Shown here: positions 1-12,472 of the stretch, piece after piece
How the letters are laid out: each line of letters starts with the position of its first letter
How positions within the stretch are numbered: position 1 is the stretch's first letter
NCBI RefSeq assembly: GCF_006345805.1
Contig: NC_043011.1
Span: forward strand, 60,586,464 to 60,650,463
Length of the DNA: 64,000 bases
Direction: 5' to 3'
Source of the DNA: Octopus sinensis
Taxonomy: Eukaryota
The notes under the pieces: model-generated
Told to the model about the DNA's origin: nothing
What the model saw: only the letters and a program-made list of their open reading frames with translations
Database searches by the model: none
Program-made: the position numbers and the translations under genes

Positions 1-225
1 TATATGTATATATATATATTCACATTATATATATACATATATATAGATATACATACATATATATACATGAATATATATATATATACATCCATATATATAC
101 ATGAATATATATATATATATATATATAATATATATACATCCATATATATATATTATAGATAAAACTACTATTATGCAACTCAAACAGTGATAGTCATAAA
201 CCAATATATATATATATAATTTTTT
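1..225. repeat. (TA)n-rich compound microsatellite
   Basis: Alternating TA with CA/CATG interruptions. Confidence 0.95.
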
Positions 226-342
226 TTTTAAATATATAACTTATAATTAGATCTCAAAAAGTATAAAATGAATGATAAATATATAATATGTAAAAACACT
301 ACATACGTTTCATGGCTACAATTAAACTCGAATATATATATA

Positions 343-483
343 ATGGGCTTCTTTCAGTTTCTGTGTATCAAACCCACCCTAAAGATTTGGCTGGTCCAGA
401 GCTACACTAAGAATACTGCCCAAGATGCCATGCAGAAGGATTGAACTTGAAACCACATGCTTCTTAACCACACAGCCATGCCT
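343..483 (-). mobile_element. tRNA-derived SINE family B, 5' part
   Basis: Reverse complement matches the head shared by >20 copies in the window (ggctgtgtggtaagaagc...cttgggcaagtgtcttct...gaaactgaaagaagccc). Confidence 0.8.
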
Positions 484-1214
484 GAACTGTCTGTAAAACT
501 ACCTACTTTGTTTTGCTGTTTGTCGTGGTATAAATTTGAGAGGAAAAGAAGTTGTTATGCTATTGTTCAGAAACTTGTTTTTGTATGTCAGCGCAAATAC
601 TGTGCAGTATTTAAGTCCAAAAAACGGAAGATAACCCATTAAGGGACATAACTCAGGTGAATTTAAACCAATCAATAAAAAAAAAAAAGGTTCAAATGAG
701 CAGCAGATTAAATGTAATTAACTAAGAAAAAAGACCAAAAGTAATAGAAATAATAACACTTTAATGTTGAACCACGATGTGGTTGGAGTTGTTGAATGAG
801 TGAAATCAGTTTAAAAGACTAAAAGAATGCTGTTCGTTAACAAGTGAAGGTTAATAAATGCCACTGCTGTGTTAAATAGACATATGATGGGAGGAGAGAG
901 GTAACTGAGGACAACACAGAAACCCTTTGGTGATAAAAGTCACAAAAGTAAGTCTGTCTTGCTCAGTGACTCTCAACAAGATGCCAGATTCTGTTTAGTT
1001 GTTGCTTTTTTTTTGTATTTTTTTTGTGTGGTGTATAATATGTATATGTGTATATATTATTTTATATACCTCTCGTTACGATGCGCAGTAAATTTATCAA
1101 TACACTTGCATGAAGTATTTATGATACAAAAAGTCTTATATCTCTGGAGATATGTATGAAAAGTAGGGACAGTTGAAAGAGAAGGGAGATAGAAAGAAAA
1201 ACAAATAAGAAATA

Positions 1215-1248
1215 TATATAAATAATATATATATATATATATATATCT

Positions 1249-1321
<73 letters not shown>

Positions 1322-1445
1322 ATATGTATATATATATATATACATATATAAACACACACATATATACATACACACAAACATATATATATATATATATTAT
1401 ATATATATATATATATCTATATATATATTATATATATATATATGA
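1215..1445. repeat. (TA)n/(CA)n microsatellite
   Basis: Direct reading; source of the spurious YI-repeat ORFs. Confidence 0.95.
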
Positions 1446-1767
1446 GAAACTGCAATTTCAAGACATTCTCAGGAGGCATTCAGGAAATATAAAAATGTAA
1501 ATTTAAAAATATATTTGTGAATGTTAAACCAGTTATTGTAATGTTTAATGTTTTTTTTTTCCTTTTTTTTTTCTCTGTAGAAAAAGAAATTTGATTTAGA
1601 CAAAAAGATGATACATTTTGATATGAAAAAAAAACATTGAAGAAATTCAAAGACAAAAACAAATGTTTTTGCTACTACATTTGATGGCATAGATGACACG
1701 CTGGCATAATAGGCACACCTCAGTTTCCATAGTTAATATTTAGGAAAAGAAGTTTTAAGTGCTTTAA

Positions 1768-1984
1768 CCCTTTGCCAGGCCTATGTATCACATATTTCCC
1801 TAGTGTCCCTGCATTGTATATGATACACACTCCCAGTTTTCTTTCAACCTTAGAGTAACTTGGGTGCAATGAAAGGGAAGCTTTATATTACACAGAATGT
1901 AGGAAGTAAGAGCAAACTAAAGTCTGCAAACAAGTATGGATGTTTAGGACAAACTTATTGAAAAAGGTTGGGACAGATAAAGGG
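1768..1984. mobile_element. piggyBac-type MITE (candidate)
   Basis: TTAA-cccttt ... aaaggg-TTAA termini (TTAA at 1764-1767 and 1985-1988). Confidence 0.55.
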
Positions 1985-2774
1985 TTAAAGCATGGAAGAT
2001 AGACCGAATTTGCATACAGGACCCAAAGAGATGTTTTTGAGATCCCTCTTTCTATTTTTTGGTAAAAAAAAAAGTATGTCTTATATACCATCAGACACAG
2101 TATTTTTCAGAAAATGCAAAAGATTAACCGATTCTTATATGTCCATTAAAACTCAATGATGGTAATAATTTGTAAGTAATGTTTAAATAATGAAAATAAA
2201 TGTAAAATATTAACGAATATATCAATAAAAAAAGAAAATATATATGACCATAATTGAATTTTAGAGAAATATTTTCAATTATATTTTATATTTTGTTATG
2301 ACAGAAATAAAATTTATTGTGACAATGACAATAGAATTTTCTTTCCTTCATTTTCAAAGAATGAATAACCTAAAAGCAATATAGAGTTCTTATAGCAAGA
2401 AATTATAATTGAAATCATTGAATGAATATGAATGGCTAAAGTTATAAAAGCCAAATATATTTTTACAAAATTTGAAATTGAGAAGTTAATAGCATATAAA
2501 ACCGATAAAACAATGAAAGGAATTGGTTACAAAATAATAAAATAATTAATAAAAAAAAATAGTAATGAAATACATAATGGAAATTCTTATAGAAAGAACA
2601 GAAATAGATTCAAACTGAAGAGACATTATCAGAGATAGAGCTTTTTGGGTGTTTTTTTGGCAAATACATTTCAAATTTAATTCTGATTTCTGTGATTTGT
2701 TTCAAATAATTTCAAACTTCTAAAATACCAGCCTTTAACCAGACTCAAGGCAGTAGCAAGCAAATTGAATTTCT

Positions 2775-3120
2775 ATCCTTCCATCTATCCATCCATTTCC
2801 ACAGCCCATTGTTGTTGGTAGGGTTGAATGGAGCGGGTAGAACCCTCAGGCAGCTCTTCCATAGAGTCCAGTCAGAAGCAACCATCACTACACTTTCCTA
2901 TAAGGCTGTGAGGAAACCCATCATACTCACATACACACACACACATCCATGTATCCATCCTCACCTACAATTCCTGGTAGGGTTGGGGGGAGGGGTAGAA
3001 TCCTATGAGAAGCACTCGTCATTAAACTTTTCCACTGGACCCCAAGCATGACCAGCTGAAACTATGGATATTTTTCAACAATATCATTCATTCTTGCTCT
3101 GTCCCTAGGCCCCCTGCCAG
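2775..3120 (-). mobile_element. LINE 3' end remnant, probably RTE clade
   Basis: Minus-strand GRGPRDRARMNDIVEK resembles the RTE C-terminal RGRPRxRWxDxV motif; followed by a UTR-like segment and a (GGAT)n-like tail. Confidence 0.45.
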
Positions 3121-3562
3121 TCAGCACAGCTTGAGGAATTTGTTTTAGCACAGCTTGAGGAATTTGTTTTGTGATCCTTTCAAAGTGATATTCTTTTCTC
3201 TGTTCAAAAATGACTCACAATCATAATTCGCTAACAGAAAATTTAGAACAACAAATTTCTCTAAAAAAAATTGCAATGGAAATTTCTTTTACCTATGTCA
3301 GAGAATTTATAGCAAATTTCCAGGAATTGAATAAGAGTTAGATTAATCAATTCCTGAAATTGATGAGGAATAAATTCAAAGTGCTGCTGTTGTCATTTTA
3401 ACGTCCACCTTTTCAATACTAGCATGGGTTAGATGAGACGTACTGAAGCAAATTTTCTACAAGATGCTCTTTCTGTTCCTAACCCTTATTACCAAATAAG
3501 GTACTTATTTTCTCTGGTCTTTTCAAAGAAATCACTGAACAGTTAAATATTTAAAAATAAAC

Positions 3563-3642
3563 CAGTGGTTCCCAACCTGTAGTCCATGAACCCCTGGTGG
3601 CCTGCAAAGGTAGTAATGGGGGCCTGTGAACTGAATTCAAAA

Positions 3643-3693
<51 letters not shown>

Positions 3694-3781
3694 CATAAGG
3701 ATAAGCATATTAAAAGGGGTCCATGGGAAAACTCATTTAAATAAAAGGAGTCCTTAGTAGTGAACAGTTTGGGAATCACTG
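3563..3781. mobile_element. hAT-type MITE with internal (CA)n
   Basis: TIRs cagtggttcccaa / ttgggaatcactg; degraded 8-bp TSD aaataaac / gaacaaac; related copy at 53289-53417. Confidence 0.8.
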
Positions 3782-4047
3782 GAACAAACAATGGCACCAT
3801 TTCATATGATGGTATGATTTTACACAAAGTGTTAACAATATCAGTTATGAAGACACACACACACACACAGATGTTCTATTGGCAGGGTGCTCTTCCTGTT
3901 GCTAACTCCACCTGTTTTCATGTAAGGCAATATTTGCTTATGGTCTGATATTCTTCTCATGAAAGACTGGAAACGAATGAAGTTCATTTATAACCATCAC
4001 AGCAATATCAAGACAAAGAGACACACAGACACACACACACACACATT

Positions 4048-4265
4048 TATACTTTTCTACTCTAGGTACAAGGCCTGAAATTTTGGGGGAGGGGGCCAGT
4101 CGATTAGATCGACCCCAGTATGCAACTGCTACTTAATTTATTCATCCTGAAAGGATGAAAGGCAAAGTCAACCTAGGCGAAATTTGAAGTCAGAACATAA
4201 AAACAGACAAAATACCGCTAAGCATTTCGCCCAGTATGCTAACGTTTCTGCCAGCTCACCGCCTT
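4048..4265 (-). mobile_element. tRNA-derived SINE family A
   Basis: Matches the recurrent unit gagctggcagaaacgttagc...ttctgagttcaaattc...actttgcctttcatcctt...aaatttcaggccttgtgcctagagtagaaaag. Confidence 0.85.
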
Positions 4266-4306
<41 letters not shown>

Positions 4307-4773
4307 ACACAAACGAACAACATGCTTCTCTACAGTCTTCATCAACCAGATTCATTCACAGAATGACTGGTCATCAGCCTGATGATGCTATAGGAGAAGA
4401 AACTCATCCATGGCACCATAACTGAAACCATTTGGCTGTGAAGTAAACTTCTTTGTTACACACCCAAATATATATGCAGCCAAGACGAAGTAAATTCATT
4501 ACAAAAATGACAACTGCTCCACTGTCTTTTCCTCTCAGATTACACAAAAATGAGGTTTAAACAAGTCGACAAGGAAACCTAAAAGTTACAGTGACAAGGG
4601 ATTGTCTGTGTAACATGGGCAAACAAACATGACAAAGGATTTTCATACAAAAGCACCAATTTATTGGTTTTCTAACCTGTTTATGCTTTTCACAGATATA
4701 CATCACAGAAAAATATACACACGTGCACACAACGTGTGTGTGTGTGTGCATATACACACACATGTGTGCTACA

Positions 4774-5175
4774 TCTTTATATATAAAAGTAAGGTTGTGT
4801 GCTGTCTGTCTCCTACGATTTAGATTCCTAACTACTCCCACATTTTGCGGTGCAGTTTAACCAAAACCAGGTATCTTATAGTCGTGATTCATATCGAGCC
4901 CTTCTGGGTATTAGCGGACGTCTACGATGAGTCTACGATTTAAAAAAAAATTTACCATCATTTTTTTCCATTTTAATGCATTTTTTTCGCTATTATATAA
5001 GGGAAGTAATTCTCTAAAAATGTCTACGATGAGTCAACGATTTAAAAAAAAATTTACCATAATTTTTTTTCCATTTTTAATGCATTTTTTTGCTATTTTC
5101 TGGCTATAACCCTCTAAAAATGCTTATATAGTTATTTCCCTTACAAACCCGAGCAACGCCGGGCGATACTGCTAG
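4774..5175 (+). mobile_element. Non-autonomous Helitron, complete
   Basis: Inserted between A4773 and T5176; 5' TC(tttatatataaaag); subterminal hairpin cccgagcaacgccggg (5148-5163); 3' CTAG; no TSD; internal 102-bp tandem duplication (4920/5022). Confidence 0.9.
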
Positions 5176-5260
5176 TGGGTTAATAACACAAAAAGTGCAA
5201 GCTAAAAGCTGCATCAAATTGCTGGATTATCCATAGATTATATTGCAACTGTTGCTTCCT

Positions 5261-5313
5261 CCAATGGTTTGACGGATGACAAAGCTAACTGTTGAAACGT
5301 AATCAATCATTGG
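5261..5313 (+). ncRNA. Degenerate type-I hammerhead ribozyme motif
   Basis: ccaatggtttga-CGGATGA-...-GAAACGTA-atcaatcattgg; long stem I, core U4>G, weak stem II. Confidence 0.4.
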
Positions 5314-7369
5314 TTAATACAGTATTTCAAAAAATTAGCATATGTGTGTGTGTGTGTGTATAAATATATGTATGAACACTGTTTGTGTGCGTACATGTAT
5401 GTGAGTGTCTGTGGAGGACGGGAGTGAGCGAAAGCAATAAAAACAGATAGATATTTAAGGGGCTTCTGCGCAGGTTCTGTCTATCAAATTTGGCTCAGGA
5501 CATTGGTAAAATGAAGGGTAGGTTAGGAGACACTTAAGCAAAGTACTGTGCAGTAGAACAGAACCCAGAACTATGTGATTGTATAGAAAACTTCCTAGAC
5601 ACACTGCTTCAAGTACATCCATTTACAAGAATCAGTTGTAACATAAATCCAGGAAAGGATAATGAAATTTTTATATGAATTAAAAATAAAATTATTTGAA
5701 CAAAAAGGAGACAAAAAGGTAAAAAACTGAACTGCATTGATAGGCTTCAGTCATAAATACTCATTAAGTAATCTTAATTGATTGGCAATATTCTTGAACA
5801 ATATAAGAAAAACCGGTAAGATGCACAAGCTATGATGTATTATAATTGAACTGGTTTGAAAGACTGCGGTCTTCTTGTAGTGAACCTTCGGTGATGGAAC
5901 CTAAATTTTTCCAAGTGGTAACAACAGCAGAAATTGAACTCAGCACAGCAAGCTAATGAAACACTAGGTAATATTATAGTGCAGCCACTGCTTACAATGG
6001 TGAATTGTTTCTACTCAGCATTTCTCATTTATAACTAAGAAGCTTACTACATTATCTACTTAAAATAAGCAAACGGCCCCTCACTCACTCACTCCTGTAC
6101 ATCTACCCCTCATCTGTGAGCCATAGACATACTGTCCCCAATTTTGCCTTTAGATTATTTGACGTTGAGGAATTAAGAACCAGCTGAGAAGTGGGATCGA
6201 TGTAATCAACTTTCTCTCTTCCCTGAAATTGCTGGCCTTGTGCCATAATTCGAAACCATTATTGTTGTTGTTGTTGTTGTTGCTGTTGTCATAAGGGAGT
6301 GAGCCAGCAGAACTGTTTGCACATCTGGCGAAATGCTTGGCAATATTTCTTCCAATTCTTTAAGATCTAAATCCAATTTCCATTGAAGTCAATTATAAAT
6401 TTTGTCCTTTCAGGGTTGATGAAATAAAGTACTAAGTGCAGAACTGGGGCCCAATGTGACCCACTAGCCCCACCTACACCTCCTGCAAAAATGTTGGCCT
6501 TGTACTAAAATCTAAACCAATTATTATTATTATTGATGAATGGAGCAATATGACTAAAAAGAAGTGATTAATGAACACAAAAGAGAATAACTAAGAAAGA
6601 CTGACTGATATTGAAATAAACCAGGAAGGCTTACTGTTGAGAGAGTCAGGTGAGAGAGGACCATACTGCTACACCCACACCCATATAGATAAAATACATA
6701 GTGACATTGGTACACACACATACACACACACATATAGATAACTACAAATACACACTGGTATACTCACGCATGCACAGAGTATTCAAGTGACTAATACTTT
6801 TGTTGGGTGTAAGGGAAGAAAGCCACTGAGAATGAAATAGGTTACTGCTGTTGTTTAGTTTCAGTTCAGCTATATCCAGCAGATCTATGTTTAAATGCAT
6901 TCTAGCCATGACCAGCTCAACTTTTTAGTATGTGCATGGAATTCAGAACTAATTTACTAAAGGGCTCCTTTTCAAGTTGGCAAATTGTGATTTGTGAGAG
7001 AGATATTATCTGGTTGCTATTTCTTATAGATTAAGCAACCACTAAGGGCACTGTTGCCAAGGTGAACATACCTATTACTGAGAAGTATTTAAGTATTTTA
7101 AGAATGTGTGTGTATATACACGTGGCCGTGTGGTAAGAAGTTTGCTTCTCAGTTACCTGCTTCTGGGTGCAGTCTCACATTGTAGCAACTTGGGTGTCTT
7201 CTCCTATAGCCCCAAGTCAATCAAAACTTTGTGACCTTGTGAGTGGATAGGGTAGAAGTGAAATGAAAAGCACTTATATAAATATATATATCTATATTTA
7301 TTTATTCACCATGTTGGACTGCTGAACTTTACATGTTTTTTTTCATTCTTTATTTATTTCCTCTTATAC

Positions 7370-7405
7370 CTTTATGTCGAAGAGCACAGGCTCGAAATGT
7401 AAAAG
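7370..7405 (+). ncRNA. Decayed ultra-minimal hammerhead motif in a short repeat
   Basis: CTTT-ATGTCGA-A-GAGC-acag-GCTC-GAAAT-GTA-AAAG; related copies at 26343-26379 and 34688-34722. Confidence 0.55.
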
Positions 7406-7519
7406 ACTTTTCCATTCTTTCCAAGCATCAAACTAATACACTTGCTTGTTGTTCCTGTCTTTGTCTTTTGTTTTTCTATAAATTTAAACTATATATATAT
7501 TCACACACACACACACACA

Positions 7520-7800
7520 CACTGTGAGTTTGATACCTGATGGTACACTGTGTCCTTGAACAAAGCCCTTTAAATCATGTCGATCCAGTCAACTCAGCCG
7601 ACAAAAAATGAATTGTACTTGTATTCCAAAGGACCAGGCTTGTCAGATTGTGTTTCACACTGAATCTTCCTGAGAACTATGTTAAGGGTATGCATGTCTG
7701 TGGAGTACTCAGCCACTTGTATGTATGTACGTTAATTTCACAAGCAGGTTGTTATATTGATTGAATCAACTGGAACCCTCACTGCCACAACCAAAGGAGT
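7520..7800 (+). mobile_element. tRNA-derived SINE (family D group)
   Basis: Homologous to 62505-62795 (shared tctgtggagtactcagccacttg and atcaactggaac blocks). Confidence 0.75.
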
Positions 7801-8069
7801 TTCAGTACATGTTGATGTAATATCCAACTCTAGGCACTCTGAGTTCAAATCCTGCTGATGTCATTGGTTTTGTTGAGGGATTTACGTATAGTTCATAGTT
7901 GAACAAATTGACCCCAGTCCTTATTCTATTAATCCTTTTTGCTGAAGCACTAAGTTACAAGAACATAAACAAACCAACAGTGGATGTCAAGCAATGGAGG
8001 GACAAACACAAATGCAAAGATACACACAATCACACACATCATCTTCTCATTATTATTATTATTATTATT

Positions 8070-8562
8070 AAGGTAGCAAGCTGGCAGAATCCTTAGCATA
8101 CTGGACGAAATGCTTAGCAGAATTTCATCCATTTCTACATCTCAAGTTCAAATTCTGCCAAAACTGACTTTGCTTTTCATCCTTTCAGAGTCAATAAATT
8201 AAGTACCAGTGAAATACTGGGGTCGATGTAATCGACTAAACCCCACCCTTTAAATTTCAGGCCTTGTACCTTTAGTAGAAAGGATCATTATAATAATAAT
8301 AATAATAATAATTATTATTATTATTGTTATTATTATTATTATTAAGGCAGCAAGCCGGCAGAATTGTAAGCATGCCAGGTGAAATGCTTAGTGGCATTTC
8401 GCCTGTTACTATGTTCTGCGTTCAAATTCTGCTGAGGTTGACTTTGCCTTTCATCCTTTCAGGGGTTGATAAATTAAGTACCAGTTGTGTACTGGGGTTG
8501 ATCAAATTGAGTGCACTCTCCCTCAAAATTCCAGGCCTTGTGCCTAGAGTAGCAAAGAATAT
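8070..8562 (+). mobile_element. Two tandem SINE family A copies separated by (AAT)n/(ATT)n
   Basis: Two units of about 215 bp at 8070-8285 and 8344-8562. Confidence 0.85.
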
Positions 8563-8740
8563 GTTGTTTTATACTTTACATGTTTCAGTTATTTATTTTT
8601 CATTTTTTTAAGCCTGGTACTTATTTTATCAGTCTCTTTTGCCAAACCACTAAGTTACAAGGGATGTAAACATACCAACACCAGCTGTCAAGCAGTGTCG
8701 GGAGACAAACACAAACACATATATATATACATATCGATTT

Positions 8741-8790
<50 letters not shown>

Positions 8791-8799
8791 ATATATATA

Positions 8800-9030
8800 T
8801 ATCAATGTATGTTTGATTAATGAGAGAGACAGATGATGGAAGATATGTGAATGTTTATTGATCACTACAGTTGTTTCGACCCATCTAGCATCGATCCCTC
8901 ATGGGTAGGATACTGAACAACTGGTTTAGGAGTATCCATCAGGGTAAATGTTTCTCTTCTGGTGATTACAAGATGTATCTCATTAAAATAACGTCTGTTC
9001 TACAAGTTTTCTTCTCGGTACGTGTATAGA
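8800..9030 (-). mobile_element. PLE-like 3' remnant with degenerate hammerhead
   Basis: Minus strand CTGATGG (8942-8936) ... GAAAC-AACT-GTA (8877-8866), then aataaa, then (AT)n. Confidence 0.4.
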
Positions 9031-9752
9031 AAAGCAGTATGTGTATAGGGTGAGAGAGTGAGATGGCTTCTTTCAGTTTCCATCTACTAAATCCATTCAC
9101 AAGGTTCTGGTCAACCTAGGACTGAAGAAGACACTGGCCCAAGATGCCACATGATTGGGAAACAAACCTATTAACCAAACAGCCATGCCAGTGCCTTCCC
9201 GTTTTTGCCATTTAAATAATATAATTTGAAAGAAATGAACTGATATTTCAGAATCTCTTTGGTAATTAATACAGGGATGCTTCAGCACACAATCGGTACA
9301 TGGTTCAATTCTCAGGAGAAGCTATGTTAATTTTTTCCTAATATCTAAGGTCAAGCAAGGTCAGAAAACCAATAATATAAAATAAAATAAATCTATCTAG
9401 TCGAATGCTTAAACTAAGGAACTTCTGAAAGCCTGTACACAAGAACGCTTCCTTGGTTATATATAATAATATATCTTCATTAATTATTTCTACTTCAGGC
9501 TTTCTCCAGTTCTACGATATATTTTGCTTTAATCTACGTTGAACCTTACGACCTGCATCAACTTGTTCTTTGTTTGGACTTGTTGAGGTTGTAGAAGTCA
9601 TCCAGCCAACGGTACTTCGGTATATTATGCCAATGTTGATATTGTAGTACTAAATCAATTTCTATCAATGTTAAGAATTTGCCTATATACACATACATAT
9701 ATATGTGTGCACATAGACATATATATATATATATACATATATATACATACAC

Positions 9753-9787
<35 letters not shown>

Positions 9788-10137
9788 TATATGCATACAC
9801 ACAGATGCACTCACACATCCATACACACACAGACGTACACAGAGACAAACAAACACACACACACAAGTTTCTGTATGAAATATTTTGTGGTACTTTCAGG
9901 ATTCTTCTTGATAAGTCATTATTGACGTTTTTGTGAAAATGTTCTCAGTCCAGCAACACACACACACAAACACATTTAATTACGTTTGGACTCAGCTTTA
10001 CATCCAGCTTCAAGTAATATGGCAGTGACACAAAAATGTTATTAAATTCCAGTCAAATGGGTTGAGTGAGTGCTTATTATTTTTCTTTTCTTCACTCATA
10101 TAAATACATATTTACATACATACATACATACATACAT

Positions 10138-10169
<32 letters not shown>

Positions 10170-10204
10170 TACATACATATACCACATGGCCACTCCTGCA
10201 CCTA

Positions 10205-10462
10205 TAAATAAATAAATGCACCCTTTTAAAGCCTACCCAGGCTCATGGGCCCGGTTTCCCGGTTTCTATGCTGTATGTATTCTCCAGCTGGACAGGACGC
10301 CAGTCCATTGCAGCGTTACTCATTTTTGCCAGCTGAGAGTACTGGAGCAGTGTGAAATGAAGTGCTTTGCTCAAGAACACAACGCGTCACCCGGTCTAGG
10401 AATTGAAACCACAATCTTTCGATCATGATGCTGACACCCTAACCACTAAACCACGTACCTCC
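10205..10462 (-). mobile_element. tRNA-derived SINE (family D group)
   Basis: Minus-strand head tggtttagtgg...ggtttcaattcc (A/B-box-like), body gactggcgtcctgtccag, (TTTA)n tail. Confidence 0.85.
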
Positions 10463-10690
10463 GTTTGATATTTAAATATACGGTTTATTACTATATATTA
10501 CTTTTTCTTTTACTGTTAATGTTTACCTAAAGCATATTATATTATTTTTTATATCTACTTCTCTAAATATACTACCTTTCCCCTCTTTAAAAGGTTTATA
10601 CCAAATTTTTTCTATAAAGCAATACTTACTTCGCCGAAATTCCCCATACACTTAACACATAAAAATATAAAGATGCATATCTTTTTTCCA

Positions 10691-10768
10691 CCTCTGATGA
10701 GATTCAACTTTATAATGATTTAATTATTTTTATTAATTTTAAATGTCTGAATCGAAACAGCTGTAAGG
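10691..10768 (+). ncRNA. Type-I minimal hammerhead ribozyme, canonical core
   Basis: Stem I CCT(10691-93)/AGG(10766-68); CTGATGA 10694-700; stem II GATTCA/TGAATC; GAAAC-AGCT-GTA 10754-65; predicted cleavage after 10765. Confidence 0.85.
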
Positions 10769-11497
10769 GATTATGTCTATCTTTGTGATTAATAAATATA
10801 ATTATTAACTGATTTATATCTATATCTATGTGTGTGTTCATTTTCCTATCACTGTCTGACAACTGGTGTTGGTGTATTTATGCTCCTGTAACTTAGCAAT
10901 TCGGCAAAAGAGACTGATAGAATAAGGACTAGATTTAAGAAATAAGTCCTGGGGTCACTTTGTTTGACTAAAACCTTTTAAGGTGGTGCTCCAGCATGGC
11001 TGCAGTCAAATGACTGAAAGAAGTAAAAGAATAAAAGAATGTGTATACACACACTCACACACACTCAGATAGACAGATAGTAAGAGAAGGAGACAAAAGA
11101 AGCAGAGGAAGAGAGAGGGAAGAAGAGAGAGAGAGAGAGAGGAAGAAAGAAAGAGAGAGATTGAAAAAGATAGATAGAGAGACAAAGAGAGTAACTCGGG
11201 AGTGCTATGAAAGAGAGAGAAATGTTTGGGTAAAGAATATCTACATTTAAAAGAGAGCAAACCAATGTTGACATTTGATATTATTTAAATCTAACAGTTG
11301 CAGGGTTGCAGTCACCAATTCTGGAGAGATGTAAGGAATATTTGCTAAATGTCTTGAAGGAAATACATCTTGTTTACAGAGACGTTGAAGCGTTTCATTA
11401 GATATTATTTTGCTGTTGTCTTGTTATCACATTTTTGTCATTTTTATTATTACTCTACGCATACACACATCAAATACTGTGTACATAAGTGTGAATA

Positions 11498-11532
<35 letters not shown>

Positions 11533-11667
11533 GTATGCACAGGAGAGGTAGTGTGTTAAGAAGCTTGCTTCTCAGCCACATGGTTTCAAGTTCAGTCTCA
11601 CTGTGTGGCACCTTGGGCAAGTGTCTTCTACTGTGAGTGGATTTGGTGGACTGAAACTGAAAGAAGC

Positions 11668-11705
<38 letters not shown>

Positions 11706-11748
11706 TAAATAAATGGAGTTTAACGCAGGTGTAAATCAAATATTTTTA

Positions 11749-11832
11749 CTTTCGACACATGTTTCGAAAAATCCACTGATACTATTCAAAAGAATAAATG
11801 GTATAAACAATGCAATCTTCTCCTCAGGAAAG
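11749..11832 (-). ncRNA. Type-I minimal hammerhead ribozyme, GUC cleavage site
   Basis: Minus strand: stem I CTTTC/GAAAG (5 bp); CTGAGGA; stem II GAAGA/TTTTC; GAAAC-ATGT-GTC; predicted cut between 11754 and 11753. Confidence 0.88.
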
Positions 11833-12034
11833 TGAAAAAAGCGAAACTCGTCAATAAGACATTTTAGCAAAAAATGATGGATTTGTATAGCGATAGACAG
11901 AACCCTATTAATATTGTTTAAAAAAACGTTATATGATATAACATCATAAGTAGCTAACAGAAAGAGTAGGGATATTAATAGTGAATGTTAAATATAAAGG
12001 AAATTAAAGTTTAAATTATATATAATGATAGAGA

Positions 12035-12226
12035 CTACTTATATGCACTAAATGTATGTTTCTGCCAATGCTTACATCTGTATGCTCGTTCTATAACTGT
12101 GTTTACTAGAGTATTTTTAGAAAAGATAATGAAAAATAGCTCAGAATTGCAGAGAAGACAGAATTCCTTGCCTTTGTCATATGGTATCGAAACTGAGAGA
12201 ATCAACCATTCTAAATGAAATTTTGC
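12035..12226 (-). pseudogene. Penelope-like element GIY-YIG endonuclease C-terminal fragment
   Basis: Stop-free frame AKFHLEWLILSVSIPYDKGKEFCLLCNSELFFIIFSKNTLVNTVIERAYRCKHWQKHTFSAYK* fits the PLE F-x-I-x-W-x-IL...PY...CxLC...E...LN...E...C-x-H signature; hammerhead lies ~200 nt downstream on the same strand. Confidence 0.8.
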
Positions 12227-12288
12227 TACCCTGGTAACTATTTATTTATTTTTTCCGTGTTAATTGTTAACAAGGTAAAAATACACTC

Positions 12289-12320
<32 letters not shown>

Positions 12321-12472
12321 TATGTGAAATAGAAAGATGAATAATCTTGTTGTAGATTAATCAAAAGTTAACCGATACCTTAGTAGCAAAAATCACAGCA
12401 TAAAAGCACGGTTGGAGGTACAACCATCTGGCGTGCAACCGTGCGTTGGTGCGGATATTGAAATTAAAACAT

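Noticed and set aside
3123-3170. 24-bp perfect tandem duplication
   Set aside because: Real, but an ordinary slippage or repair event with no associated structure.
9427-9504. 9-bp inverted repeat gaaagcctg/caggctttc as a hammerhead
   Set aside because: The stem would sequester the CUG of the core; no canonical GAAA.
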